Source: Lysobacterales bacterium (GTDB taxonomy: Bacteria > Pseudomonadota > Gammaproteobacteria > Xanthomonadales > SZUA-36). Taken from it: a stretch of DNA of 64,000 nt. The stretch is from the NCBI GenBank assembly GCA_033791845.1, contig JASJFX010000095.1, positions 21,855 to 85,854 of the forward strand. Reading direction: 5' to 3'. The notes beneath the pieces are model-generated. The model ran no database searches. It was not told the origin of the DNA and saw only the letters and a list, made by a program, of their open reading frames with translations. The position numbers were made by a program, and so were the translations under genes. This document shows, piece by piece, positions 21,816 to 32,700 of the stretch. The stretch's first letter is position 1; every line of letters starts with the position of its first letter.

Positions 21816-22165
21816 ACCCCTGACTCCCTGATTCTAATGGTTTCCATGTATATCATTACGCACGGAGGGCAGTATACCCTGCAAAATCACACGGACAAAA
21901 AACTCGACCTGTAATGAAGTATAGACGACTGTGCCCGTCGAGTACTGGCAATCCCCCCCATGCTCTTTTTCCGATACAAGGGGAATCAATTTCTTTTCAA
22001 TAGCTACGAATTCTCAGACATTCAGTGATTTTTGAATAGGCAGATTTTTTCCCGGAAAGCATACGAAATAAATTTTGCTTTCAAAGCGACATCTATATTG
22101 CAGCAACCGTCAGGAATGATAAGCTGTACTTCTCGTACTGAGTTTAACCGGAAAACTTCAAAACC

Positions 22166-22990
22166 TTGACAGCAGGCAACCAGCATCTTCTTAAGACCCT
22201 TATCGTGGATGATGAATCCCTCGCACGTCGTGGTCTGGCCCATCGTCTTAAAAATATCGCAGATATCGAAATCGTTGGTGAAGCCACTAATGGCCGCGAA
22301 GCCCTGAAACTCATTGAGGAAAAATCTCCCGACCTGGTTTTTCTGGATATACAGATGCCGGGCATTAACGGTTTCGAGGTCGTGCAGCAACTCGACATTA
22401 AAACCATGCCGGTTATTCTATTCCTGACCGCCTACGACGAATATGCAGTAAAGGCTTTCGAGGCAAACGCACTTGATTATATTCTCAAGCCCATCGACGA
22501 AAAGCGCCTGCACCAGGTCCTGGAAAAAGTACGGGACAACCTCAACCAGAAGCGCGCACTCGCGCAAAAGCGCCAACTGCTTGAACTGGCCAGCCAGTTC
22601 AGCGGCGAAACGATCAGTAGTTTTGCAGAACTGGAAGAGAAAAGTGTTACGGACTTTGCTCCCAAAGAACCTTCACGTCTCGCAATAAGGGATGCCGGAA
22701 GAACCACCTGGGTGAACCAGGATGACATTGAGTGGATAGACGCAGCCGGTGACTACATGTGTGTGCAGGCCCAGGGCACGACCTATATCATGCGTAAAAC
22801 CATGAAGAAACTTGAGAAGGAACTGGATCAAAGCATACTTCAACGCATCCATCGCTCAACCATTGTCAATATCAAGTACGTGCGTGAAATGGAATCGCAT
22901 ATTAACGGTGAATATTTTCTTACCCTGAAGTCCGGCCACCGTGTCAAACTTTCCCGCACCTATAAAAACAAACTTGCACTATTCAGATAA
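22166..22990 (+). CDS. LytR/AlgR-family response regulator (REC + LytTR DNA-binding domain); TTG start, uncertain
   Basis: REC: LIVDDESLARRGL...DLVFLDIQMPGINGFEV...DYILKP. LytTR: IEWIDAAGDYMCVQAQGTTYIMRKTMKKLEKEL...QRIHRSTIVNIKYV. Confidence 0.85.
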   Translation: MTAGNQHLLKTLIVDDESLARRGLAHRLKNIADIEIVGEATNGREALKLIEEKSPDLVFLDIQMPGINGFEVVQQLDIKTMPVILFLTAYDEYAVKAFEANALDYILKPIDEKRLHQVLEKVRDNLNQKRALAQKRQLLELASQFSGETISSFAELEEKSVTDFAPKEPSRLAIRDAGRTTWVNQDDIEWIDAAGDYMCVQAQGTTYIMRKTMKKLEKELDQSILQRIHRSTIVNIKYVREMESHINGEYFLTLKSGHRVKLSRTYKNKLALFR

Positions 22991-23321
22991 TCGGTTCTGA
23001 TGAGCAGTCGTGCTTTTGAATCTTTCTGGTCTCTGCTGGCTTAATTGAAGGCAATAAATTTACTTTCTTTCAACCATGTGCCTGACACAGGGACTACATC
23101 ATTCGCTTGATCCCTTGATTAAAACCTTTCACCGCAGTCTGTGACTATGTGCACAACCATCCATCCGCAACCTTGTCCAAAATAACCGTGATGATGTTGC
23201 ATTCATCATTTGGTTTATTTGTAACGTATTGATGGTTTGATGCGTCATAAGTATTGAATAAGCAAGGCCGGGAAAATTTCTCCCTGATCATCGTCTGACC
23301 GACGTTCCTGACTTTGCTTAC

Positions 23322-23368
23322 GCCGCTCCCGCTGTTAACCCTCTTTCGGCGCGGAGCGGTTTTTTATT
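23322..23368 (+). terminator. Rho-independent terminator about 330 nt downstream of the LytTR regulator gene
   Basis: CCGCTCC(CGC)...(GCGC)GGAGCGG stem followed by TTTTTTATTT. Confidence 0.55.
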
Positions 23369-23393
23369 TCCCTGCAAAAATACTGAGATAAGT

Positions 23394-23831
23394 TCAGGTT
23401 TGTAACCAGTTCTCGAGAATGATTTGTGCCGCGATGGCATCTTTCATTGCGGCATCTTTTCGACGCATTCCACCCCGTGCCCGGGCATCCACAAAACGCT
23501 GCTCGGCACTGAATGATGTCAGGCGTTCGTCCTCATAAAAAACGGAAGCGCCGAAGCGACCTTCAAGCTGTCGGCCAAATCGTCTCGCACCTTTTGACAT
23601 ATCGGTTTCGCCACCATCGGCAGCCAGCGGTAAACCAACGACCAATGCAACCGGTTTCCACTCGCTGAGAATACCGGTGATTGTTTGCCAGTCCGGTTGA
23701 TTCGAGACCGGCACCACCGCAAGCACATTGGCAGACCCCGTCAGTGTCTGGCCAACTGCAACACCTATTCGCCGGAAGCCAAAATCAAATGCGATGATGG
23801 TACCCGACGGCTTGGTACTTTCATCAGGCAT
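23394..23831 (-). CDS. ruvX: Putative pre-16S rRNA nuclease / Holliday junction resolvase-like YqgF
   Basis: From the internal Met: MPDESTKPSGTIIAFDFGFRRIGVAVGQ...LVVGLPL. The ORF's upstream 60 codons overlap algH and look spurious. Confidence 0.85.
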   Translation of the reverse strand: MPDESTKPSGTIIAFDFGFRRIGVAVGQTLTGSANVLAVVPVSNQPDWQTITGILSEWKPVALVVGLPLAADGGETDMSKGARRFGRQLEGRFGASVFYEDERLTSFSAEQRFVDARARGGMRRKDAAMKDAIAAQIILENWLQT

Positions 23832-24417
23832 GACCACCGACCCCATGCAGGTCGCTAATGTTGATACCCAATTTGCCCAGTGCGTTTTCCCACCGCTTCG
23901 GCAGGGCCGACTCAAAAAGAATTGCTTTATCTGCCGGCACCGACAGCCAGGCATTCTGACGCATCTCAAACTCCAGTTGACCGTCACCCCAACCGGCATA
24001 ACCGAGTGCAACCAGGAACTGTTCCGGGCCTTTACCCGCTGCTATTGCTGTCAGAACATCGCGGGAGGTAGTCACCATGATATCGTCATTGATCTGGATA
24101 CTTGAATCATATCCTTCGACAGGTGTGTGCAGCACAAAACCGTGGTCAGGACTGACCGGACCGCCTTCGAGTACAACCACTGAAGATATTTGTTCACTTG
24201 TACAGGTAATATTGAGCTGCAGCAGAAGCTCGCCCAGTGAAAATGAGGACTTACGATTAATGGTTATACCGATCGCCCCTTCTTCATTGTGCTGGCACAA
24301 CAGTGTCACGCTACGTGAAAAATTAGGGTCAGCCATGGTCGGCATTGCAATCAGCATTTGCTGCTGCAAATAACCACTGACAACGCCTTGCGATTTAGTA
24401 TTCATATGATTAAACAT
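23824..24417 (-). CDS. algH: YqgE/AlgH family protein (UPF0301)
   Basis: LIAMPTMADPNFSRSVTLLCQHNEEGAIGITINR...GGPV...GYAGWGDGQLEFE. Confidence 0.85.
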   Translation of the reverse strand: MFNHMNTKSQGVVSGYLQQQMLIAMPTMADPNFSRSVTLLCQHNEEGAIGITINRKSSFSLGELLLQLNITCTSEQISSVVVLEGGPVSPDHGFVLHTPVEGYDSSIQINDDIMVTTSRDVLTAIAAGKGPEQFLVALGYAGWGDGQLEFEMRQNAWLSVPADKAILFESALPKRWENALGKLGINISDLHGVGGHA

Positions 24418-24549
24418 TTGTCCGGTTTACGATCAACACAAGCAAAAAGCGCTCAGATCCAACTGGAAGAAAATGAGTTGTATACCCCCTAATTATACAG
24501 ATTGAAAGGACTCCTCCGGACAGTTACCTGCAAAAACCCGATCCGGCGG

Positions 24550-25410
24550 CTAATCCAAACCCGAAAAGTTACGTGAAAATTGCCAGGTACGGGTGATGTG
24601 CAGAACATCAACAGTCGCTTTGATATAATCCGGCAAGGGTGAATAAGGGCCCGCCAGGCGTACAATCCGGGTTGCAGCCTGATCCAGTTGGGGTTTTCCG
24701 GAACTTCGATGGATATCAATACTCTCCACGCTGCCGTCCACGTTGATACCCACCGTCATCAACAGGTCACCCGTCAACTTCTGACGCCTGATTTCTTCCG
24801 GGTAGTTAAGGTTACCGACCCTCTCCACCTTGGCCACCCAGGCTTGCATATATGCCGCGAACTCGTATTCGCGCGTATTCGCCGATATCCATTTGCGCCG
24901 GGGCAGTTTTGAAAGCGATTCCCGGTCGCGTTGAATACCAGGTTGCAGTTTTGCCATCGTCATACTTTCCTGCATCAGGGTTGCAGCGCTGGGTAACGGT
25001 GTTTCCGGTTGCTCAATACTGGTTATTTGCTGGGTAAAATCAGATTGATCATCTTCGATCAGTATCTGCTCACGTGCCGCATCAGCGATGCTGGAAACCT
25101 GTTCCTGCTGGTCCAGCGGGTCGTCACCTTCCGCTGGCCCCGGTGATGCCCCGGTTACCTCCTGTGACGGCCGGCTGGCTTCCGTGGACTCACCTCCACC
25201 CTGCTGCGAAGCCTGTGCAAGAAAGTCTGCCTCATCCGGTTTTGATTCGGATCGCCAGTTAACCAGTACCACATCCAGTGTTTCCAACGGGTGGGTCAGG
25301 GGTTTGAAATCAAGTATGAATCCGACACCCAGCAATATCAGCGCGTGCAGAGCCAACGCCATCAAAAAGCTGACAGTGATTCGGTCGTTACTGGCCTGGA
25401 TGACGGACAT
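24550..25410 (-). CDS. TonB C-terminal-domain protein (TonB3-like)
   Basis: N-terminal TM, an acidic/Pro-containing linker, and a C-terminal TonB-like fold (YPEEIRRQKLTGDLLMTVGINVDGSVESIDIHRSSG). It occupies the position between gshB and algH, as PA0406 does in P. aeruginosa. Confidence 0.7.
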   Translation of the reverse strand: MSVIQASNDRITVSFLMALALHALILLGVGFILDFKPLTHPLETLDVVLVNWRSESKPDEADFLAQASQQGGGESTEASRPSQEVTGASPGPAEGDDPLDQQEQVSSIADAAREQILIEDDQSDFTQQITSIEQPETPLPSAATLMQESMTMAKLQPGIQRDRESLSKLPRRKWISANTREYEFAAYMQAWVAKVERVGNLNYPEEIRRQKLTGDLLMTVGINVDGSVESIDIHRSSGKPQLDQAATRIVRLAGPYSPLPDYIKATVDVLHITRTWQFSRNFSGLD

Positions 25411-25412
25411 GA

Positions 25413-26360
25413 CTAAGTCAATATTTCCTCGATGCTGTCAAAAAGCTGCCCAGCGATATTCAGACCAAACTCTTCATCTAACTCACGAATACAGGTAGGA
25501 CTGGTGACATTCACCTCCGAAAGCCAGTCGCCGATGACATCGAGACCGGCAAACAGAATGCCGCGCTTCTTCAACTCCGGCGCAACCTGTGAACAGACCC
25601 AGCGATCCCGTTCACTCAACGGTACACCTTTGCTACTGCCGCCTTTGGCCAGGTTGCCCCGAAAATCACCCTCTCCTGCATATCGTGCCAGTGCATAGGG
25701 CACCGGCTCACCGTTTACCACCAGAATGCGTTTATCACCCTGGGAGATTTCATCGATATACCTCTGTGCCATGACAGGCCTCGCGTTGTGACGGGTAATG
25801 GTCTCAAGAATAACATTCAGGTTCATATCGGTATCACTGACCTGAAAAATGGACTCACCACCCATACCGTCCAGCGGCTTGACCACACAACGTCCCTGCT
25901 GTGAAACGAACTCCCGGATCAGGCTGGAAGAACTGCTGATAATCATTGGAACACAACACTGCGGAAAATTGTTAATAAAAAATTTCTCGTTGGCATCCCG
26001 CAGGCTTTGCGGACGGTTAATGACCAGGGTGCCGGCCTTTTCAGCCAACTCCAGCATGTAGGTTGTATAGATATAGTCCATGTCAAAAGGCGGATCCCGG
26101 CGCATCAGCACAACATTCAGCTCATCCAGCGGTCTTTTGCCAGCTGGCGTCAAACTGAACCAGTCTGTCGTATTATCCCGAACCTCGAGTTGCTGCATAC
26201 TGGCAAACACCCGACCGTCTTTGGCAAAAAGATCGCCAGGCTCCATATAGTAAAGTGCGTGGCCGCGTCGTTGAGCTTCCAACAGCATCGCAAAGGTAGA
26301 GTCTTTATAGGTTTTGATCCCGACAATGGGATCCATGACCACGCCGGTTTCAATTACCAT
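25413..26360 (-). CDS. gshB: Glutathione synthetase
   Basis: MVIETGVVMDPIVGIKTYKDSTFAMLLEAQRRGH aligns by eye with the E. coli GshB N-terminus. An ATP-grasp C-terminus is present. Confidence 0.9.
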   Translation of the reverse strand: MVIETGVVMDPIVGIKTYKDSTFAMLLEAQRRGHALYYMEPGDLFAKDGRVFASMQQLEVRDNTTDWFSLTPAGKRPLDELNVVLMRRDPPFDMDYIYTTYMLELAEKAGTLVINRPQSLRDANEKFFINNFPQCCVPMIISSSSSLIREFVSQQGRCVVKPLDGMGGESIFQVSDTDMNLNVILETITRHNARPVMAQRYIDEISQGDKRILVVNGEPVPYALARYAGEGDFRGNLAKGGSSKGVPLSERDRWVCSQVAPELKKRGILFAGLDVIGDWLSEVNVTSPTCIRELDEEFGLNIAGQLFDSIEEILT

Positions 26361-26651
26361 CGAGTTTGTTTTTCCTGTTTCTGACATCACTATATCCGTC
26401 CGCTGTGGTAGGCCATTATTATGCGCCTGCCATTGCTATTCCAGCCATGAAAACAACCAAATCATTAAATTCCTTACTGCTCAATAATATGAAGAACATT
26501 CCTAAAACAATACAACATGCTGGAATCCTCTCTTTTCTAAGGGTAAACTAATTGTAATACATCGAAATTAGGGGATGGGGTTTGGCCTCGTTATCGCGCG
26601 GAACGCAGTGAAAGGATTTGCTGTACCCGTTGCAGCACCAGGGAAGATATT

Positions 26652-27077
26652 ATGAGCCAGGAACAATTAGATTCAAAAGCAGATGACACTGAATCTGTAG
26701 CCAAAGCAAAGAAGCTATGCATTCTTGTGGTTGACGACAGTGCAACCATACGTCGCTCGGCAGAAACCATGCTCTCCAATGACGGCTGTGAAGTCATTAC
26801 TGCCGAGAATGGCTTTGAGGCTCTATCCAAAATCACCCGCCATCACCCCGATCTGATATTTGTCGACATCATGATGCCTCGTCTTGACGGTTATCAGACT
26901 TGTGCCATTATCAAAAATAATGCGGATTTTCGTGATACGCCCGTCATCATGCTCACCAGCAAAGACGGCCTGTTTGATAGGGCCCGCGGCAGGGTTGTCG
27001 GCTCGGATCAATACCTGACCAAACCCTTTACACGGGAAGAGTTGCTCGGTGCAGTCAAGCAACACGCCCACTCATGA
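26652..27077 (+). CDS. pilG: Twitching-motility CheY-like response regulator PilG
   Basis: ILVVDDSATIRR...LIFVDIMMPRLDGYQTCAIIK...MLTSKDGLFDRARGRVVGSDQYLTKPF. It is divergent from gshB. Confidence 0.88.
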   Translation: MSQEQLDSKADDTESVAKAKKLCILVVDDSATIRRSAETMLSNDGCEVITAENGFEALSKITRHHPDLIFVDIMMPRLDGYQTCAIIKNNADFRDTPVIMLTSKDGLFDRARGRVVGSDQYLTKPFTREELLGAVKQHAHS

Positions 27078-27134
27078 TATCAAAATATACTGTGTTTCCG
27101 GGTCAATAGACCATAATCCTCGGGGTTAAATATC

Positions 27135-27677
27135 ATGAGCACCGCTAATGCATCGCTTGAAAAACTGCTGGATTACGAACGGCGAAGCCTGGCCTTCGAG
27201 CCGGGACAGATTGACGGACAGGAAAATAGCGGCGAATGGGCCGGTGTTATTTTTCGTATCGGTGATGAGCGCTTGGCATGTAATGTAAATCAAGTACACG
27301 AGTTTCTGCCGATCCCGGTATTCACACCCGTGCCCGGCGCCAAGCCATGGATACTGGGCCTGGCAAACGTGCGCGGTGACCTGTTGACCATTGTTGATCT
27401 TTCCTGGTTTCTCAACGGAAAAAGATCAACTGTTTCCATGCGCACCCGGCTTCTGGCAGCAAGCCTGCGCGGCCGGCCTGTCGGCTTGCTTGTAGATGAG
27501 GTGTTCGGGCAGCGTCATTTTGTCAGTGACGAGGGCAGGAACATCAAATTGCCGAAAAGCTCCCCGCTGCATAATTTTGTGCAAATGCAGTATCGATCCG
27601 GTAAAGACGTCTGGCAGGAACTGAATCTGGACATCCTGTTTTCAACCACGGAGTTCCTAAATGGCGCTGCAGCCTGA
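27135..27677 (+). CDS. pilI: CheW-like coupling protein PilI
   Basis: 180-aa CheW-like domain (ACNVNQVHEFLPI...ILGLANVRGDLLTIVDL), located between pilG and pilJ. Confidence 0.8.
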   Translation: MSTANASLEKLLDYERRSLAFEPGQIDGQENSGEWAGVIFRIGDERLACNVNQVHEFLPIPVFTPVPGAKPWILGLANVRGDLLTIVDLSWFLNGKRSTVSMRTRLLAASLRGRPVGLLVDEVFGQRHFVSDEGRNIKLPKSSPLHNFVQMQYRSGKDVWQELNLDILFSTTEFLNGAAA

Positions 27678-27694
27678 GCAGCACAGGAAAAAGA

Positions 27695-29728
27695 ATGAAT
27701 AAATCACAGCCCAAACTAAGAAGTCAACGCTCGATGGGTGTTTTCCTGGCAACAGGTGTATTGATCATCTCGCTGATTTTTGTTGCGATCACTTTTTTCA
27801 AACTCGCAAACGATGCACAAAACGAGCAGGAATGGATGTCATATGCAACGGATGTTCAGGTCACATCTCAGCAACTGGCCAAGTCAGCCGGCGAAGCGGC
27901 GGCAGGTAACCTTGATGCCTTCCAGGAACTTCGGGATTCCCGCAAAACAATAGCGACTGCGATGCAGAAGTTACGCTCCGGCTCTGTCTCAAACAACCTG
28001 TCCCCTTCGCCACAGACGGTGACCATGCCGATGAAACAGCTCAACATGAGCTGGGATCGCATGAGTACCAATGCGTCAAGTATTCTTGACCGCGAGAAAT
28101 TGATACTGGAACTCGCAACGGCTAGTAATGTAGTTCAGGACAACATTCCAGGCATCCAGAAAAACACCGACTCTGCCATAAAAGCCCTGACGCAAAGCGG
28201 CGCCCCATCAAACCAGCTGGTCTTTGCGAGTCGTCAACTGGTGTTGGCCGACCGGATTCTAAGGCGCGTTTCAGAGGTCCTGCAAGGCGGAAGCAATGCG
28301 GTCAGTGCCGCCGAAAACCTCGCCAGGGACCAGGGTCTTTTCGAACGGGTGCTAACTGCCCTGTTACGTGGAAACTCGGAACTGGGGATTACCCGGGTGC
28401 GCAATACCAAGGCGCTTCAGGCTTTGGGAGAGGTCAAGACACTATTTGAGACTATCAAACCAAAAATCAGCACAATCCTCGATTCTTCCAGCGATCTGTT
28501 TGAAGTTCGCGGCGCAGCGGATGAAATTTTTCTTGGAAGCCGTGAGGTCTTTGATCAGGCAGCCGCTCTTAAGAACGACATCGCCGAGCTGCCAAAAACG
28601 CGAATATGGCCATCTTTAGCAGCAGCAGTGATCGGTCTGGCAGTGATGGTATCCATGGTATGGGTACTAGTGTACTCAATCCTGTCCGCAGAGCGCCGAC
28701 GGGCAAAAATCGCAGCCAGAAACAACAAGAAGAACCAGGAAGCTATCCTGAAACTGCTGGATGAAATGAGTCCCCTGGCCGATGGAGACCTAACCGTGCA
28801 GGCCTCGGTTACCGAGGACATCACCGGTGCAATTGCAGACGCGGTCAATTTTGCCATCGAACAGCTTCGCGAACTGGTCAAGGGAATTAAATTCACCGCC
28901 CAGGAAGTTGCCAGATCAGCCATGGCTACACGTGATTCCACTTCAGAACTGGCCAAGGCGGCTGAATCACAAGCGGAACAGGTTGGTGCGGCAACACAAA
29001 CCGTGCAGGAAATGGCTGAGTCATTCGACTCCATGGCCAAAAGATCCAGCGAATCAAGCGAAGTAGCAAGCAAGTCTGTCGATATTGCAAACACGGGTGG
29101 CAAGAAAGTCCGTGAAACCATCAACGGTATGGATACCATTCGTGATCAGATTCAGGAGACCTCCAAACGTATTAAGCGCCTGGGTGAATCCAGCCAGGAG
29201 ATCGGTGATATCGTGGAGCTGATCAACGGTTTTGCCGAACAAACCAATGTACTTGCTCTCAATGCCGCCATACAGGCAGCATCAGCAGGGGGCGCCGGCA
29301 AGGGGTTTGCGGTGGTGGCCGATGAAGTGCAACAACTGGCGGAAAGTGCCACCCACTCAACCCGGAGGATTGAATCCCTGGTTCAGACGATACAAGCCGA
29401 TACTTACGAAGCGGTTGTATCAATGGAATCCACGATTTCAGAGGTCGTAAGAGGAGCCCGCCTGGCTGAAGACGCGGGCACTGCGCTGGATCACATCGAA
29501 AAAGTTTCCAATGATCTGTCCGGGTTAATTGCCAGCATTTCAGGAGAGGCACACCAGCAGTCAGCGCACGCTACTGACATCTCCGTATTAATGAAAAACG
29601 TCCAGCAGTTGTCTATCCAGGCATCCGAGGGCAGCACGCTGGCCGCACATTCAGTGAACGAACTGGCTGAGCTGGTCATGCAGCTCAGCGATTCAGTTAC
29701 CGACTTCAAATTGCCAGAAGAAGACTGA
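27695..29728 (+). CDS. pilJ: Methyl-accepting chemotaxis protein PilJ
   Basis: Two TM segments flank a ~280-aa periplasmic domain. These are followed by a HAMP and the MCP signalling hairpin (EQTNVLALNAAIQAASAGGAGKGFAVVADEVQQLAE). Confidence 0.9.
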   Translation: MNKSQPKLRSQRSMGVFLATGVLIISLIFVAITFFKLANDAQNEQEWMSYATDVQVTSQQLAKSAGEAAAGNLDAFQELRDSRKTIATAMQKLRSGSVSNNLSPSPQTVTMPMKQLNMSWDRMSTNASSILDREKLILELATASNVVQDNIPGIQKNTDSAIKALTQSGAPSNQLVFASRQLVLADRILRRVSEVLQGGSNAVSAAENLARDQGLFERVLTALLRGNSELGITRVRNTKALQALGEVKTLFETIKPKISTILDSSSDLFEVRGAADEIFLGSREVFDQAAALKNDIAELPKTRIWPSLAAAVIGLAVMVSMVWVLVYSILSAERRRAKIAARNNKKNQEAILKLLDEMSPLADGDLTVQASVTEDITGAIADAVNFAIEQLRELVKGIKFTAQEVARSAMATRDSTSELAKAAESQAEQVGAATQTVQEMAESFDSMAKRSSESSEVASKSVDIANTGGKKVRETINGMDTIRDQIQETSKRIKRLGESSQEIGDIVELINGFAEQTNVLALNAAIQAASAGGAGKGFAVVADEVQQLAESATHSTRRIESLVQTIQADTYEAVVSMESTISEVVRGARLAEDAGTALDHIEKVSNDLSGLIASISGEAHQQSAHATDISVLMKNVQQLSIQASEGSTLAAHSVNELAELVMQLSDSVTDFKLPEED

Positions 29729-29790
29729 ATGAAAACGATGACCAATAAGCCGGCGCCATCCTCCGGTATCGAAGCTTCAGGAACCGGCTG

Positions 29791-32700
29791 ATGTTGCTGG
29801 AAGGCTCAAATGTAAGCACCGTGCTGACCTGGGTTCGCCCTGATCTGGACAAACACCTGAACCAGATTCGCATCCAGGTTGAGCACATTGCCAACAGTGC
29901 CAACACCGGTGAAGCTGTCGAAAATACCGCCGAACACCTGCTGCAGTTAAAGTACACCTTCGAGACACTGATGTTGCAGGGCGCGACGATCGTGATCGAG
30001 GAAATGATCATGGTTTGCGATGAGCTCAGGGACTTTAACGTTCGCGACCGGCAAAAGGCATATGGCGCCATGATGGATGCCATCGTCGTGGTACCGTCAT
30101 ACCTGGACCGCTTACAGGCCGGTCACCATGACCTGCCCATTTTATTGTTGCCGATAGTTAACGAACTGCGTGCAGCTTACAATGCCAACATTGTATCTGA
30201 AGCCACACTGTTCGCACCCAGCCTGGACATCCCGCTACCAGAACTGGAGACCAGCCCAGGCGAGCACGAACCGGCCTTTGATGAGCCCTTTGCCGAATTT
30301 GCCCTGCGAATGCGCCGCCAGTGGGAAAGCGCCCTGCTTCGCTGGTTGCAGCATCAACAGGACATTGAACTACTGTCACCGCTTCTCTCAGTATGCGAAA
30401 CATTACACCACCGCCTTGAGAGAATGGATCTGCGGCGCCTGTGGTGGATTGCAGCTAAAGTGATTGGCGGCTTACTTGATGGGGTTACCGATAATGACAT
30501 GCACCTGCGGCGTCTGTTTGCCCGTTTGCACCTGAATCTCAAGACACTCTCGGAGGGGGGCGAAGAGGCCACCGAGCTTGAATCGGCCAACGCCCTTTCC
30601 CAGGCATTACTGTTTCATATCGCGCAGGCCAAACCTGGTAGCGAAAGTGTGGATCAGCTCCGGGAACGATTCCAGCTGCAGGAACTGGTACCGGACCGCG
30701 ACGTATTGATTCGCGCCCGCGGAGCGGTCACCGGGCGCAATCGCGAGTTGTACGTATCCCTTGGTGCAGCAGTTCGCGATGAGTTCTCCCTGGTCAAGGA
30801 TGCACTTGATCTCGAGTTGCGGACCGGTGAAATAAGACCCGATAGCAGAGAACAAAGTCATGAAGCCCTGCTGAGGCTTACAGATACATTAAAGATGATG
30901 GGCCTGGGTGATTCCTCTCGATCCATAGAAAAACTGATACCGGCATTCGGTGTTGACGAAGACCCTGATTCTGATCCTGATTCTGAACAGAACTCAAGCA
31001 AATCGATTTTGATGGAGTTGGCAGGAGAACTGATACGGGTTGAGTCTGTACTGGAGGAGCAGATTGCCACCCTTGGTGAGCCGCTTCTGGAAGACCAGGA
31101 GACTTCTTATATCGATCTGCCGAGGCACGAGATACGTCGCATCCGTACCCATTTGCTGGGCGAAACCGTTACCAGCCTCCACCACGTACAAGATGGCGTG
31201 CGTAATCATTTCAAAGGAGATCCGGACGCTGATTTCAGCACCCCGATGGAACAAATTGCAGGTGCCATGGAGTTAATTGGTGAGTCAGAAACTGCATCAC
31301 TGGCACTGAAATTGCGCAACGCACTCGGCAACCTGCTGCGTCACGCAAGTTCAGAGTCTGCCGTGGAGCCGGGTAAACTGGAGACCGTCACCGATGCCGT
31401 TGCGGCATTCGAGCTTTACCTCGCCGGCTGCCGTGACCACCAAGACAATCGCGGGCGATTCTTTGAGATACTCAAAGAACGTCTTGAACGCCTGCCTGTT
31501 GGTGAAATGGAAGTGGTTAAACCTGCTAAGGCACCGCCAACACCCGAACAAACGGGCGCCAAAGACAGCCGCAAACCTGATGACGAAAGCACTTTACAAG
31601 CACTAACAATTGACCCTGAGTTGCTGGACGTATTCCTGGAAGAATATGAGACCGTCACCTCAATGCTGGCTGAGCGGATTCCTCAGTGGGTGACGCACCA
31701 GGAAAATACCGAGTTATTAGCCGAAATCCGCCGTGGATTCCATACACTCAAGGGTAGCGGACGCATGGTGGGTGCGAATGAGCTGGGCGATTTTGCCTGG
31801 CATATCGAAGAGCTACTGAATCATTTGCTGGAAGGCAGCATCGAATCAATTAAAGATGTTGTAACTGTTTTGCGCCTGTCCGAGGCCGCATTACCGGCCA
31901 TGAAGCAACGATTGCAACAGCAGTCTTCGGAACTGAACTCCGCAGCGATTGAAGCTCTTGCCTCGCAGGCAGACAACATTGCCGCCGGCAATGAACCCGA
32001 CTGGACAGCCTTGGGCGAAACTTCACCACCTTCATTTGCGGCCCTGTTGTCCGGTGATGTGAGCACGATGCCGATAACGGGTCAAGCACCTGCCGGCACT
32101 ACTGATAAACCTGCAAAACCAACTCTGAAAGAGCTGATACGTAAGGAATTGAGGGAAAAACTTGCTGTTCTGGCTGGCCTGATGGAGCGCATCTCAAGGG
32201 ACCGTCACACTACTGCGAGCGATGATGAAGTTATCGCCATCCACACCATTGTCGGAACCACCGCCCAGGAACCACTGGGCAGGGAATCCGACATAGCCAA
32301 GACGCTGGAAGGTTTTCTTGAGGCGCAACGTCAGAGTGGGAAAGCATTCAGCGACAATGCAATGTGGACGGTTGCCACCAGCCTGGCTCACTTTGAAGCC
32401 TGCCTGGCAGTGCATGAAGAAGACCCGGAAGCAGAGCTCACGACTGATGAAGAAAGCCAGATTAAGCAACTGATCGCGCTCACAGTTGAATACGAAGTTC
32501 CACAACCGGCACAGGAAGAACCTGAACCGGAAGTTGAAGCTTCAGAAAGCGAGCCAGCAGCCGAAACCACCGAAGCAAGCGAGGAACACAGCGAACCTGA
32601 ACCGGAGGTTGAAGCTTCAGAAAGCGAGCCAGTAGCCGAAACCACTGAAGCAAACGAAGAACACAGCGAACCTGAACAGGAAGAAGACCAGGAAGACCTG

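Noticed and set aside
20881-21831. 316-aa plus-strand ORF, and many shorter ones on both strands, within 16.5-21.2 kb
   Set aside because: All are shadow frames of the repetitive Thr/Gly/Ala/Ser-rich giant gene. They have low-complexity products, no ribosome-binding context, and run across repeat boundaries.
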